Of a stretch of DNA of 64,000 nt, positions 17,173 through 26,446 are shown one piece after another. This DNA comes from a virus. Its lineage: Duplodnaviria > Heunggongvirae > Uroviricota > Caudoviricetes. A program made the translations under genes and the position numbers. The DNA is taken from IMG/VR virus record IMGVR_UViG_3300047447_000093. One strand, written 5' to 3'. The notes under the pieces were generated by a model. It was given only the letters and a program-made list of their open reading frames with translations, did not search any database and was not told where the DNA came from. Every line of letters starts with the position of its first letter. Within the stretch, counting starts at the first letter, position 1.

Positions 17173-17850
17173 ATGACTAAAATTGCGACTCGTTCGAATA
17201 AACTGTCTGGTGTTCTGGCTTTTGAAGAACAAGCTGAATACGGTGTATGCCGTGAAAATGTCACCGTGACAATGGAAACTGGTATGGACGTTGGTGCTGT
17301 TCTGCGCCGCACTATTACCTCTGGCACTGGAACCTATACTGCTGACTCTGGCAACACTGGTAACTTCACTTGCGGAACTGTGACTATCACTGATCCTGCC
17401 AAAGTGGGTAATTACCGCATTGTCTTCACTGCTGCTACTGCTTTTAATCTGTACACGCCTGAAGGTGTCCTACTGACTTCCGGTGCTACTGGCACTGCTG
17501 TTAATGGGGAAGCTGGTCAAGGTCTGTCGTTCACTTTAACTGCTGGTGGTACTGCTGCTGTTGCTGGTGACTCTGGCACTATTGCTGTTGCTGGTGCTAA
17601 TAAGTACAAATGGATTGCTGCTGCTGATGTTGCCGCACTGACCAATGATGTTGCTGTCCTGATTGAAAGCGTTAAGGATGTTCCTTCGCTGACCAATGCC
17701 ACTGACTATGCCATGACTGTTCTATCGAGTGGTTGGGCTGGTGTTGTTGGTGATTCGCTGCTGTATAAAGATGCGCTGTCTGCTCCACAAAAAGCCGATG
17801 TTCTGCGTAAGCTGAAAGCAAAATTCATCGTCAATCGCACTCGTGTTTAA
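17173..17850 (+). CDS. putative capsid decoration / accessory head protein
   Basis: 225 aa, Thr/Gly/Ala-rich, immediately upstream of the major capsid gene. Confidence 0.3.
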   Translation: MTKIATRSNKLSGVLAFEEQAEYGVCRENVTVTMETGMDVGAVLRRTITSGTGTYTADSGNTGNFTCGTVTITDPAKVGNYRIVFTAATAFNLYTPEGVLLTSGATGTAVNGEAGQGLSFTLTAGGTAAVAGDSGTIAVAGANKYKWIAAADVAALTNDVAVLIESVKDVPSLTNATDYAMTVLSSGWAGVVGDSLLYKDALSAPQKADVLRKLKAKFIVNRTRV

Positions 17851-17884
17851 TTAGTAGCGATCATATAACAAAGGAATTAAATAA

Positions 17885-18925
17885 ATGATTATTCGTGATT
17901 ATTTCAATAGCTTCAAAGAAACTGATTTCGTTGATGGCATTACCGAAACCCCTCTGCAATACGGTTTTGTCAACAGCCAAAATCTGTTCAACATGAAGTC
18001 CACTTCGCAGACCGCAATTATCTTCGATAAAGACTATGCAACCACAACGTTGCTGCCACAAGTTACTCGTGGTACAAACGCTTCTACACAAGGACGTGAG
18101 CGCACTGCTGACACTTTCGCACTGAAATTAGCATACTTCAAACACGCTGATCGTCTGACTAATGAAGACATTCAAGGCAGCCGCGTTCCGGGCAGCACCG
18201 ATGAGGAAACTCTAGGCCGTGCTACTGCTGAAAAAATGACTGATATGCGCCGTGCTTGGGATCAAACTCAAGAATACATGAAACTGCAAGCTCTGAAAGG
18301 TGTTTTCAAAACTCCTGATGGCACCACTGTAGCGGATATGTACTCTGAATTTGGTATTACCCAAACTACCATTGACTTCCTGTTAGGCACTTCTACCACG
18401 AACATTGACCAAAAACTGCGTCAACTGAAAACCGGTATTGCAACTAACGTCAAAAATGGTGGCTCTATTACTGGTGTGCAAGTCATGGTTGATCCTTCGT
18501 TCTTCGATAAACTGATTTCGCATCCTAATATGAAGAATGCCTATCAGTTCTACATCAACAGTGGTAAACAACTGCTGCGTGATGATCTGTCGGATTATAT
18601 GAAGTGGGGTATTATGGACTCCTTCAATTTCCGTGGTGTTGAATTCGTGTCGTATGATGCTACTTTCAACCTGCCAAGCGGTTCTACTGAAGTTGCCTTT
18701 ACTACTGACACTGGTATTGCATATGCTCAAGGTGTTCGTGATCTGTTCCGTGGCTACAATGGCCCATCGGCAAAACTGTCTGGTGCAAATGAGCCGGGGC
18801 AAGAAATCTTCGTTCGCACTTATGTTGATCCACGCGATGAATGGGTTGAATTCGAAATGGAAGCTGCGCCGCTGTACTTCGCAACTCGCCCTGCTTCGAT
18901 CTACAAAGTAACCACTTCTAACTAA
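17885..18925 (+). CDS. major capsid protein
   Basis: 346 aa. Strong RBS, bias toward frequent codons, terminator directly downstream. Typical HK97-fold size. Confidence 0.55.
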   Translation: MIIRDYFNSFKETDFVDGITETPLQYGFVNSQNLFNMKSTSQTAIIFDKDYATTTLLPQVTRGTNASTQGRERTADTFALKLAYFKHADRLTNEDIQGSRVPGSTDEETLGRATAEKMTDMRRAWDQTQEYMKLQALKGVFKTPDGTTVADMYSEFGITQTTIDFLLGTSTTNIDQKLRQLKTGIATNVKNGGSITGVQVMVDPSFFDKLISHPNMKNAYQFYINSGKQLLRDDLSDYMKWGIMDSFNFRGVEFVSYDATFNLPSGSTEVAFTTDTGIAYAQGVRDLFRGYNGPSAKLSGANEPGQEIFVRTYVDPRDEWVEFEMEAAPLYFATRPASIYKVTTSN

Positions 18926-18942
18926 TCTAATTAGTTTGCTGA

Positions 18943-18970
18943 AAGACCTTCTCACGAGGGTCTTTTGTTG
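18943..18970 (+). terminator. rho-independent terminator after major capsid gene
   Basis: AAGACC-loop-GGTCTT then TTTTGTTG. Confidence 0.6.
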
Positions 18971-18991
18971 AATTAATTAATAAGGGGTGAG

Positions 18992-19507
18992 ATGTCAAAA
19001 CAATCGAATACCCAAGATTTTATCCAGAAAGCGATAAATAAACATGGAAATAAATGCGATTATTCTCTTGTTGAGTATGTTAAAAGTAATACAAAAGTAA
19101 AAATAATCTGTAATAAACATGGATCATTTTGGCAACGACCAGATCACCATTACAGAGGTTCTGGCTGTTCTTCTTGTCAGAATTTTGGGTATAGGCCAAA
19201 TCTTGAAGGTAATTTTTATATTTTAAGAAGTGGCAACATAACTAAAGTTGGAATATGTAATCGACCTGTTGAAGAAAGGTTAAAAAATATCTCCAAGTCT
19301 TCTGGAAAAGTTTTCACAAAGTTTTTTGAATTGCAATTTAATTGTGGAAAACTCCCTCTTATTGTTGAAACTGAAGTGTTGAGGTACTTAAAGTCTATAT
19401 ATAAATCTCCAAAAGAGTCTTTTGATGGTAGTACAGAATGCTTTTATGACGTAGATATATTTGAGCTACTTGAAGAAATTACTAATTTAGGAGAAAAATA
19501 TGATTGA
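18992..19507 (+). CDS. T5orf172/GIY-YIG-like homing endonuclease candidate with N-terminal zinc ribbon
   Basis: N-terminus HGNKCDYSLVEY..KVKIICNKHGSF..GSGCSSC; C-terminus GNFYILRSGNITKVGICNRPVEERLKNI resembles the T5orf172 motif. Inserted between capsid and head-tail genes. Confidence 0.45.
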   Translation: MSKQSNTQDFIQKAINKHGNKCDYSLVEYVKSNTKVKIICNKHGSFWQRPDHHYRGSGCSSCQNFGYRPNLEGNFYILRSGNITKVGICNRPVEERLKNISKSSGKVFTKFFELQFNCGKLPLIVETEVLRYLKSIYKSPKESFDGSTECFYDVDIFELLEEITNLGEKYD

Positions 19508-19943
19508 TTTTTCCACAGATGTCGGGAAAGTTAGGTTACGTTGTGCAGATATTGCAGATTTACCATTCTTACCGGATGAAGTATATGTGAATGCCATTTC
19601 AGAAAATAACGGTAATCTCCCATCAGCAGCGCAACTTTGCGCACAATACTTGTTGGGAATGTTTGCTGTAGGTGCTTCTCACAAGAAAATGGTGCAACTA
19701 GAGATATGGAACAAGGAAAGATTTGATGCTTACCGACAATTTCTGTTAGACACTATAAGCAATCCTGCTCTTATGTCATTCACAGCTTTACCTGTTGTTG
19801 TCACAGGCGATAATACAGCGATTGATCCTCTGAAACAATTTACAGAAGATTGGAATACTTGTTGGAGTAGGCCAGAAACTGTTACAGATATGGTGCATCG
19901 CGTAGCTGGTAATCCTTCTAAACACCCTTGGGATAATGTATGA
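19500..19943 (+). CDS. head-tail connector / head completion protein (hypothetical)
   Basis: 147-aa ORF coupled within the late operon. Confidence 0.3.
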   Translation: MIDFSTDVGKVRLRCADIADLPFLPDEVYVNAISENNGNLPSAAQLCAQYLLGMFAVGASHKKMVQLEIWNKERFDAYRQFLLDTISNPALMSFTALPVVVTGDNTAIDPLKQFTEDWNTCWSRPETVTDMVHRVAGNPSKHPWDNV

Positions 19944-20320
19944 GCACTTCAGACTTTCAATCTGTAGTTTCAGAATTCTTTGATGAACAAGGTTGGTCTT
20001 GTCAAGCAACATTGATCAAAACAACTTCTGTATATGACCCATTGACATCTGAGAATACACAAACTGAAAAACGTTACGTAGTGAAAGCAATGCCTTTTGA
20101 TTATATTAATAAATTTCAGGGGGTTACTACACAAGACAGTACGTTGATTAAAACTGGCGACAAGCAAGTGTTTGTAAAACCAATTCCACAGATTACAGAT
20201 ATTGACCCTAGTGCTGACAAGATTCAAATTGGTAACACTATATATAAAATCGTTACAGTAAAAGTGGTCAATCCCACTTTGAATTTACCACTATATTACG
20301 AACTATTTGTTCGTGTTTAA
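19940..20320 (+). CDS. head-tail joining protein (hypothetical)
   Basis: 126-aa ORF; start overlaps the previous stop. Confidence 0.3.
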   Translation: MSTSDFQSVVSEFFDEQGWSCQATLIKTTSVYDPLTSENTQTEKRYVVKAMPFDYINKFQGVTTQDSTLIKTGDKQVFVKPIPQITDIDPSADKIQIGNTIYKIVTVKVVNPTLNLPLYYELFVRV

Positions 20321-20332
20321 TAAGGAATAGAC

Positions 20333-20776
20333 ATGTCGAAGGCAGACGTATTTGAAAATGATTATATGAAGCTTATCTTCAACAATGTAGCTATTGCTAA
20401 CATTGGAGATGCTTCTGGTTTACAACCGTCCGCAGCAGCAGGTAGTTTGTATTTCTCCCTGCACACTGCTGATCCCGGAGAAACGGGTACACAAACAACT
20501 TCTGAAACAGCTTATACAGGATACGTCCGACAAGCTGTTGCTCGCTCTAGCGGTGGTTTTACTGTCACAGCAAACGCTGTGCAATTAGTATCAAACCTAG
20601 ACTTCCCAGCATGTACAGCATCTCCCGGCGCTGCTCTTACCCACTTTGCTATTGGCACTGTTTCTAGTGGTGCAGGTAAGATTTTGTACAGTGGTACTCT
20701 GACTCCTAATATCACAATGGCTGTTGGTGTTATCCCACGTATTACTACTGCTGCTAACTTAGTAACTGAAGATTAA
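20333..20776 (+). CDS. structural protein (hypothetical)
   Basis: 147 aa, Ala/Thr/Gly-rich. Confidence 0.3.
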   Translation: MSKADVFENDYMKLIFNNVAIANIGDASGLQPSAAAGSLYFSLHTADPGETGTQTTSETAYTGYVRQAVARSSGGFTVTANAVQLVSNLDFPACTASPGAALTHFAIGTVSSGAGKILYSGTLTPNITMAVGVIPRITTAANLVTED

Positions 20777-20779
20777 AAC

Positions 20780-21244
20780 ATGGACAGCGTACTTAGAGAT
20801 GAAGTGTTAAATGATCCGGCTGGACTAGGTTACGCTGCATTGCTGCCGGACTCTCCGGGGCAAGTGGTAGAAATTATCAATGATAAAAGATTTACTCTAC
20901 ACCGTTCCAGAATGATTTCGGAAAGAGGTTTAATGGCAAGAATGCCATCTGGAGCTATCGCAGCAGATGCAGTGCTAACCAAGCTTGAGAACTATTCCAA
21001 GACATCTGGGACTTATTCTACTGTGGTGGCTAGAGCCTTGAAGTTCTTGGCACTTCCTGACGGAATCGATATTGGAGAGCCAGCAACACAAGGCCTTATT
21101 GATATCCTTGCCGCTTCCGGGGTGATTACATCTGGAGAAGCCGCTGAAATCAAAGACCTCTCCCTTCAACCCGCCTCAAGGGCGGAAATACTCGGACTTA
21201 GCTACGTCACAGAACAAAATCTAAGAGATGCAGGAGTAGTGTAA
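20780..21244 (+). CDS. structural protein (hypothetical)
   Basis: 154-aa ORF. Confidence 0.3.
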   Translation: MDSVLRDEVLNDPAGLGYAALLPDSPGQVVEIINDKRFTLHRSRMISERGLMARMPSGAIAADAVLTKLENYSKTSGTYSTVVARALKFLALPDGIDIGEPATQGLIDILAASGVITSGEAAEIKDLSLQPASRAEILGLSYVTEQNLRDAGVV

Positions 21245-21696
21245 TGTCAACTGTAAAACAAGTAGTAGGAACCCGTACATCATTATCGTACACTGGTTTG
21301 TCAACTTTAGCTAGTGCTACATACGTAAGAAACACAACAGCGTATGATTGTACTACAAATCAACCTCTTGATGTAGTTATCGAGGTTGATGCAGCAACAA
21401 CGAACACTCCCGCTGGTAATAAACAACTTGTAGTATTCATTCAAGATTCCTTAGACGGTACTAACTTCCGAAGTGGCCCTTCCAGTGGAACATCTACGAC
21501 AGATGAACCTAATCTTCGCTTCCTAGGAACTCTCCCTATTGGAACGGCGTCCGTAACGCAAATCGGAACATTCAGTTTGGTTGCAGCCCTTGGATATATT
21601 CCAGCTAAATTCTACGTAGTAATTAAGAATGACCTTGGAGTGGCACTAACATCTGCCACTGTCTACACGTCTGAAATCTCTGGTACGGTGGTGTAA
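21244..21696 (+). CDS. structural protein (hypothetical)
   Basis: 150-aa ORF; start overlaps the previous stop. Confidence 0.3.
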   Translation: MSTVKQVVGTRTSLSYTGLSTLASATYVRNTTAYDCTTNQPLDVVIEVDAATTNTPAGNKQLVVFIQDSLDGTNFRSGPSSGTSTTDEPNLRFLGTLPIGTASVTQIGTFSLVAALGYIPAKFYVVIKNDLGVALTSATVYTSEISGTVV

Positions 21697-21698
21697 TC

Positions 21699-23315
21699 AT
21701 GGTGGCGATTGCTCTGCCAACACGTCAAGCTAGGCAGCAACCGCAAAATGGAACACCTCGCCTAGACTTAGACAATCCAGTGACACAGGGAGTGGTGTGG
21801 GTTTCAGGAACTAACAGTACAACTTTTGGCCCTAACGGGAATTTGCGGGACGTAGTATCTAATCGTCTAGCTACAATTAATGATGCCAACAATTACTTCG
21901 CTAAAAGTTATCATCCGTTGGGGGTTATTAGCACTCGTGTGATAGGTTCGGCTGACAACGGCGTGACTTATAATGGCCCTGTAGGTTTACTGCACGGAGC
22001 TACAGAATTTACACTGGTCAGCACCTTTATTTTCCGTTCAGGTTCCATCTCTGCCCAATGGTTAAATTTCAGGGTAGATAATCAGCATTCATTAGACGTG
22101 TTTAGTCAAACATCCAATAGCATAACTTTTGGGTGTGATTGGGCTGGAGCGTGGAACGGAACATCACAGCAGACATTAAGCGGTCTTAATGATGGTGATG
22201 TAGTTACAATCTGTGCTTCTGTTAATCAATCAGGCGCACGTTTCTTTGCCAATGGAAAATTCATAGGCACAAAGAGTGGTTCAGGATTCACAATTTCCAC
22301 AGCAGCTAGTGCAACATCTATTGTTTGGGGTATTCGTACAGACTATGTACAGGGTATGGTAATCAAAAGAGCCTTATCGGATTCTGCTGCAATTTCACTT
22401 ACAAAGAATCCTTGGCAAGTGTATAGTGCTGATCCTGATAGGCGTTTCCTAGCTATTGCAGGAGCAACGTCCTCCTCCATTATATCCGCAAGCGGAAGCT
22501 GCACAAGCACTGCAATAGCAGCAGCTATTGCTAGAGCCTTATGGCCTATTACTGGAAGTTCTCAAGGGACTGCCACTTTAAGCTCTGCTGTAAATGCTAT
22601 TAGTAAATCAGATGGAAGTTCCTCTGGCAGTAGTGCAATAAGCTCTGTTGTAAGGGCTATATGGAATTCTTCCGGGGATTCCTCTAGTACATCTGTTGTT
22701 ACATCAACATCAAATTCTGTTTATGGCACAACAGGAAGTTCTTCGTCAATCTCCTCTGTAGCAGCAAGTACACAATCTATTTGGGTAGTGGTTGGTTCTG
22801 TTAATGGATCGTCCACAGTAAATGGAGTGACAGTCTCAGGAACAACCACAATAAGTGCAGATGGCTCTAGTAGTGGGTTGAGTAGTGTACAAGCTATCGT
22901 AAATGCTATAACTCAATCTTTGGGTAGTGTCTCGGGAAGCAGTTCGGCACAAGCAATAGTGAATTCCGTAATACCTTCCAACGGAACTTCTTTAGGGGTT
23001 GGTGCTGCACAATCTAATACTAACTCTGTAAATCAGAGTACAGGAAACGGGGTAGGTTTTAGCAATGTAAATGCAAGCTCTGTAGCTATTCAAATTACTG
23101 TTGCTAACTCAAACGGTAGCGCGAGTGTTGAATCTGTAACCCAAGCTATAAAGGGTGTTGTTGCTAGTGCTATTGGTGCATCCACAACTAGTGCTACATC
23201 TTCTGGCGGAATTCAATATATTAAAATTGGAGATAAGCTTTCTATTACAATTATTACTGACGAATATGCTGTAAGTGTTTTAGATAATCTCTACTCGTCA
23301 ACATTATTAAATTGA
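21699..23315 (+). CDS. LamG/concanavalin-like domain protein with C-terminal Ser-rich tandem repeats (decoration or fibre-like)
   Basis: The N-terminal ~250 aa carries lectin-like motifs. Residues ~260-480 are about seven degenerate 21-aa repeats (GSSxGSSAISSVxRAIW). Confidence 0.4.
   Translation: MVAIALPTRQARQQPQNGTPRLDLDNPVTQGVVWVSGTNSTTFGPNGNLRDVVSNRLATINDANNYFAKSYHPLGVISTRVIGSADNGVTYNGPVGLLHGATEFTLVSTFIFRSGSISAQWLNFRVDNQHSLDVFSQTSNSITFGCDWAGAWNGTSQQTLSGLNDGDVVTICASVNQSGARFFANGKFIGTKSGSGFTISTAASATSIVWGIRTDYVQGMVIKRALSDSAAISLTKNPWQVYSADPDRRFLAIAGATSSSIISASGSCTSTAIAAAIARALWPITGSSQGTATLSSAVNAISKSDGSSSGSSAISSVVRAIWNSSGDSSSTSVVTSTSNSVYGTTGSSSSISSVAASTQSIWVVVGSVNGSSTVNGVTVSGTTTISADGSSSGLSSVQAIVNAITQSLGSVSGSSSAQAIVNSVIPSNGTSLGVGAAQSNTNSVNQSTGNGVGFSNVNASSVAIQITVANSNGSASVESVTQAIKGVVASAIGASTTSATSSGGIQYIKIGDKLSITIITDEYAVSVLDNLYSSTLLN
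22480..22990 (+). repeat. degenerate ~63-bp in-frame tandem repeats
   Basis: Recurring ggaagttc(t/c)tc...gctat/gcaata blocks that encode the Ser-rich repeats. Confidence 0.5.
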
Positions 23316-23321
23316 GGTCAT

Positions 23322-23648
23322 ATGACTATAAAAAGATACAGAGGTGACACAGGGGCGGATCGAGTATTGATTTCTGTAAATGGTGAAGTTGCTGACCTCA
23401 CTGGCTCTACTGTTGTAATGACACTAAGTACACAAAATAATCCTATTGACAGTTCAACGCAGGTTTATCAATTAACAGGTACTTGGGATGACCCCACAAG
23501 TGGTATTGTAGAATTTTCCCCATCAGCTATACAGGCTGATAATGTAGGATATTTCTATTATGATATCCAATTGACAAATCAAGCCGGTGTTGTTTTCACA
23601 GTGGATAAAGGCTCTTATCAATTTATTCAAGATATTACCAAAAATTGA
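23322..23648 (+). CDS. small structural protein (possible Ig-like)
   Basis: 108-aa ORF with RBS GAGGTCATATG. Confidence 0.3.
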   Translation: MTIKRYRGDTGADRVLISVNGEVADLTGSTVVMTLSTQNNPIDSSTQVYQLTGTWDDPTSGIVEFSPSAIQADNVGYFYYDIQLTNQAGVVFTVDKGSYQFIQDITKN

Positions 23649-23673
23649 CAAAAAACAACTTTGATTGTATAAT
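23645..23673 (+). promoter_or_regulatory. consensus sigma70 promoter TTGACA-17-TATAAT
   Basis: Exact match to both hexamers with a 17-nt spacer, inside the structural module. Confidence 0.55.
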
Positions 23674-23684
23674 TGCGAGGATGT

Positions 23685-24125
23685 ATGGGACTGGCTGATG
23701 ATATTTTTAAGTTTAATACTAAAGCGAAAAAAGCAATCTCTGATGACATAATCAACAAATGTATTATATTCTTTAGTGTTGCTGTTGACTACTCCCCACT
23801 CCAAGATAGTGCGCTCTACCCCGGAGCTTATGCCACAGGTTTGTTTGCTAATAGCTGGTATGTAGCAGTCAATGAGTTTGATTCTACAGTGGGGACAATT
23901 CCTGATGAGAAAGCCTCTATGAGTAGGGGTAGAATCGAATTACTCCGTCATTCCAAGGCTTTCTTCGGCAAAGATGAATTCATATCTTTAACAAACAATA
24001 TTCCGTATGCTGACCGTGTGGAATATCTTGGATGGCCTGAAGAAGATGGTTACTCCGGATTTATTGGCCCATATGCTCCTCTTAGAAATGCAGTTGTAAA
24101 AGTTAAAGGGATATTCAAACAATGA
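23685..24125 (+). CDS. hypothetical structural protein
   Basis: ATG 23685 with GAGG RBS. Track ORF 23673..24125 begins at a TTG inside the -10 hexamer. Confidence 0.35.
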   Translation: MGLADDIFKFNTKAKKAISDDIINKCIIFFSVAVDYSPLQDSALYPGAYATGLFANSWYVAVNEFDSTVGTIPDEKASMSRGRIELLRHSKAFFGKDEFISLTNNIPYADRVEYLGWPEEDGYSGFIGPYAPLRNAVVKVKGIFKQ

Positions 24126-24514
24126 CAATTAGAACAGAATTAGAATCTCCTTTAGCAACATATGCTACTGCTAATAATATCCCTGTTGCGTGGGAGGGGA
24201 AAGCATTCACAAAACCTACTTCAGGAGACTATTTAAGAATATTCTTCTTGAACAAAGTAATTTCTAACCCGGATGTGGAATTTGTAAGAAAAAGAACAAT
24301 CGGGATGGTGCAAATTGACGTATGTGCTCCTGACGGTCAAGGGAGTAAACACGTTGAGGAGTTAGCTGAAGCAATTGCTTCTCTGTACCCTTCTTATAAT
24401 AAACAAGCATTCCCTACTGTGAGTATTGAAAGTCATCCTCAAATTGGTAAGGCAATGATTGATAGTGGTTTCAGAGTGATTCCAATTACGATTGAATATC
24501 GTCAAGAATCCTGA
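24122..24514 (+). CDS. hypothetical structural protein (tail completion candidate)
   Basis: 130-aa ORF; start overlaps the previous stop. Confidence 0.3.
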   Translation: MTIRTELESPLATYATANNIPVAWEGKAFTKPTSGDYLRIFFLNKVISNPDVEFVRKRTIGMVQIDVCAPDGQGSKHVEELAEAIASLYPSYNKQAFPTVSIESHPQIGKAMIDSGFRVIPITIEYRQES

Positions 24515-24576
24515 AAATTTGTGCTTAAATTTAGCACTAAAATACATTGCAATGTAATTTTAAAAGGAAATAATAA

Positions 24577-24915
24577 ATGGCAACCCTTGTAGCGACAACT
24601 TTAACAGGTTCTAATGGCCCTGTTACAGCAACTCGTAACGTCCTATCGGCATCTGATGTGCTGCCGGTGTCCTCTGGCATTCTGGAACTGTATAACACCA
24701 CAGGCTCTCCAGTCGTTGTAACAATCGATGGCTCTACAGCCACTACTATTGCCCCTGCGGGTTTTGGTGGCACTGTGGATATTTCGGCTGGTAAAGCTAT
24801 TACTGTCCCTGCTACAGGCACTGTGATTCTGAATCTAGCAACTATCTCTGCATTCCTATCTGGCACTATTGCAGTGACAGGTGGAACGGGCGTTACTGCT
24901 CATCTGTATGTTTAA
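24577..24915 (+). CDS. hypothetical structural protein
   Basis: 112 aa, Thr/Gly/Val-rich, RBS AAAGGAAATAATAAATG. Confidence 0.3.
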   Translation: MATLVATTLTGSNGPVTATRNVLSASDVLPVSSGILELYNTTGSPVVVTIDGSTATTIAPAGFGGTVDISAGKAITVPATGTVILNLATISAFLSGTIAVTGGTGVTAHLYV

Positions 24916-24933
24916 TTTTGTAAAGGAATAATA

Positions 24934-25389
24934 ATGCCCGTAGCAACCTCTTTGGCGATTACTAGCGCCACTACTTCTTTCTACATTGGCGCAACCAAAC
25001 CAACTACTTATGATGGTGCTGGTTTTGCTGCTGTTACTTGGACGAAAGTAGGTGAAATTTCTAACTTCGGTACTTTAGGTGGTCAGACTAACATCGTTAC
25101 CCACATCCCCGTTGATACTTCGGCTGTTGTGAAACGTACTGGCTCCGTGGATTATGGCACAATGGATTTGCAAGGTGCTCGTACTACTGATGCTGGCTTA
25201 ACTGCTTTGCGTTCGTTCTTCACTTCCCGCGCCTCCACTGCATTTAAAGTTGTCTATCCAACCGCTTTAGGTCAGGTGGATTACTTCACTGGTGTGGTAG
25301 CATCGAATCAAACTAACGTGGCAAATGCTGACTCCATCTTAGGTTTTAGCGTTCAAGTGGCAATTGACAACGAAATCCTGTCTGTATAA
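24934..25389 (+). CDS. major tail (tube) protein candidate
   Basis: 151 aa, directly upstream of the G/GT chaperone pair and the tape measure gene. Strong RBS and followed by tandem terminators. Confidence 0.45.
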   Translation: MPVATSLAITSATTSFYIGATKPTTYDGAGFAAVTWTKVGEISNFGTLGGQTNIVTHIPVDTSAVVKRTGSVDYGTMDLQGARTTDAGLTALRSFFTSRASTAFKVVYPTALGQVDYFTGVVASNQTNVANADSILGFSVQVAIDNEILSV

Positions 25390-25396
25390 TTGTAAT

Positions 25397-25425
25397 TTGA
25401 CTTGATTGTCTGTTTGTGATATACT
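25397..25425 (+). promoter_or_regulatory. sigma70-like promoter TTGACT-17-TATACT
   Basis: Lies immediately upstream of two terminator hairpins. Confidence 0.35.
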
Positions 25426-25435
25426 CTGGACATCA

Positions 25436-25463
25436 AGAGAGGTTCCGGCCTCTCTTTTTGTTT
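25436..25463 (+). terminator. rho-independent terminator
   Basis: AGAGAGG-TTCCGG-CCTCTCT followed by TTTTTGTTT. Confidence 0.65.
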
Positions 25464-25465
25464 AG

Positions 25466-25496
25466 GGGAACTGTCCTAGAAATAGGACTCCCTTTT
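25466..25496 (+). terminator. second rho-independent terminator
   Basis: GGGA..GTCCTA-GAAA-TAGGAC-TCCC followed by TTTT. Confidence 0.55.
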
Positions 25497-25607
25497 AAAC
25501 GTATTCCAATCCTCCGAGTATTTTTAACAGGGAGCTTTCGGCAGAAAGCAAACTACCTACATGTGCAAATATAGCACAACAACAAAACAAAGTAAAGGAA
25601 ACACACA

Positions 25608-25997
25608 ATGGCATTTAACCCAAAAGCTAAATCGTATGCTGAAATCGCAACTCTAAATCTGGTTGACCCAGAGACAGGGGCGGAACTGGAAGACAGCGGC
25701 AAGCCTGTTACTATTTCTATCTATGGTGCTTCTAGTGCTCAACATCGTAAGGCAGTAGACGTGCTAATGGCTAAAGCAAAGAAGCGTGGCAATCGTGAAG
25801 CATCCTTACAAGAGCGCAAAGATGAATCGATTGAATTCCTCGCAGCTATCTCTTCTAGCTCGGAAAATCTGGAATATGATGGCCCTGTAGAATCTAAAGA
25901 ACAATTCAAAGCTATGTATAGCGATGATACCGTATCTTGGATTCGTGAGCAAGTGAGTGACTTTGCGAGCATTCAAACAAATTTCTTCAAGAAGTAA
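25608..25997 (+). CDS. tail assembly chaperone (G-like)
   Basis: 129 aa, acidic, immediately upstream of the tape measure protein (TMP) gene. Followed by an overlapping -1 frame ORF. Confidence 0.55.
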   Translation: MAFNPKAKSYAEIATLNLVDPETGAELEDSGKPVTISIYGASSAQHRKAVDVLMAKAKKRGNREASLQERKDESIEFLAAISSSSENLEYDGPVESKEQFKAMYSDDTVSWIREQVSDFASIQTNFFKK

Positions 25998-26443
25998 GAG
26001 ATAATTTAATTCTTTACGCACGCCAATTGGGATGGTATTCATCTGTTCCAAAAGGAAAGAACCAATCAAGATTAGAAGAGTTACAAGTTAACTCAGAAGG
26101 CCAAGCTGACGCTGAATTACCAGAATTCGATTCTGCGTTCAGTCCGATGCTTGGCTTTTTCTTTGATATGGGGCAAGCAATGTCTACAGGAATGGGGCTA
26201 ATTCCTATCTCTTGGCAAGAACAACGTGCATGGCGTTTAGAAAATAAATTATCTCTTACTTTATGGGAAATTGAAACACTTAGAAAAATGTCTGAAGCTT
26301 ATTGTTCTGAATACCATAAAGCCACAGACCCCTCTCGGAAACGTCCATTCTCCTTGTATAACGAGGATGAAATTGACGAAGAAGCTGAGAAACGAAAAGC
26401 ACTAGCTTTAATGAATATGTTACGATCCTTTAGAAAGAAATAA
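25608..26443 (+). CDS. tail assembly chaperone GT-like fusion via programmed -1 frameshift
   Basis: Frame -1 is open from 25961. Slippery heptamer A_AAT_TTC at 25979-25985 lies within the 25961-25994 overlap. Downstream ORF 26027..26443 ends 3 nt before the TMP start. Confidence 0.45.
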
Positions 26444-26446
26444 AGT

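Noticed and set aside
16877-17327. Minus-strand ORFs antisense to the scaffold gene
   Set aside because: Products of the repetitive GAA/GCT-rich coding sequence on the other strand; no RBS.
18383-18955. 190-aa minus ORF antisense to the major capsid gene
   Set aside because: The capsid gene has a strong RBS, codon bias and a terminator. The antisense ORF has none of these.
22480-22990. Tandem repeats considered as a possible CRISPR array
   Set aside because: The repeats are degenerate, in frame and coding (Ser-rich protein repeats). There are no unique spacers or cas genes.
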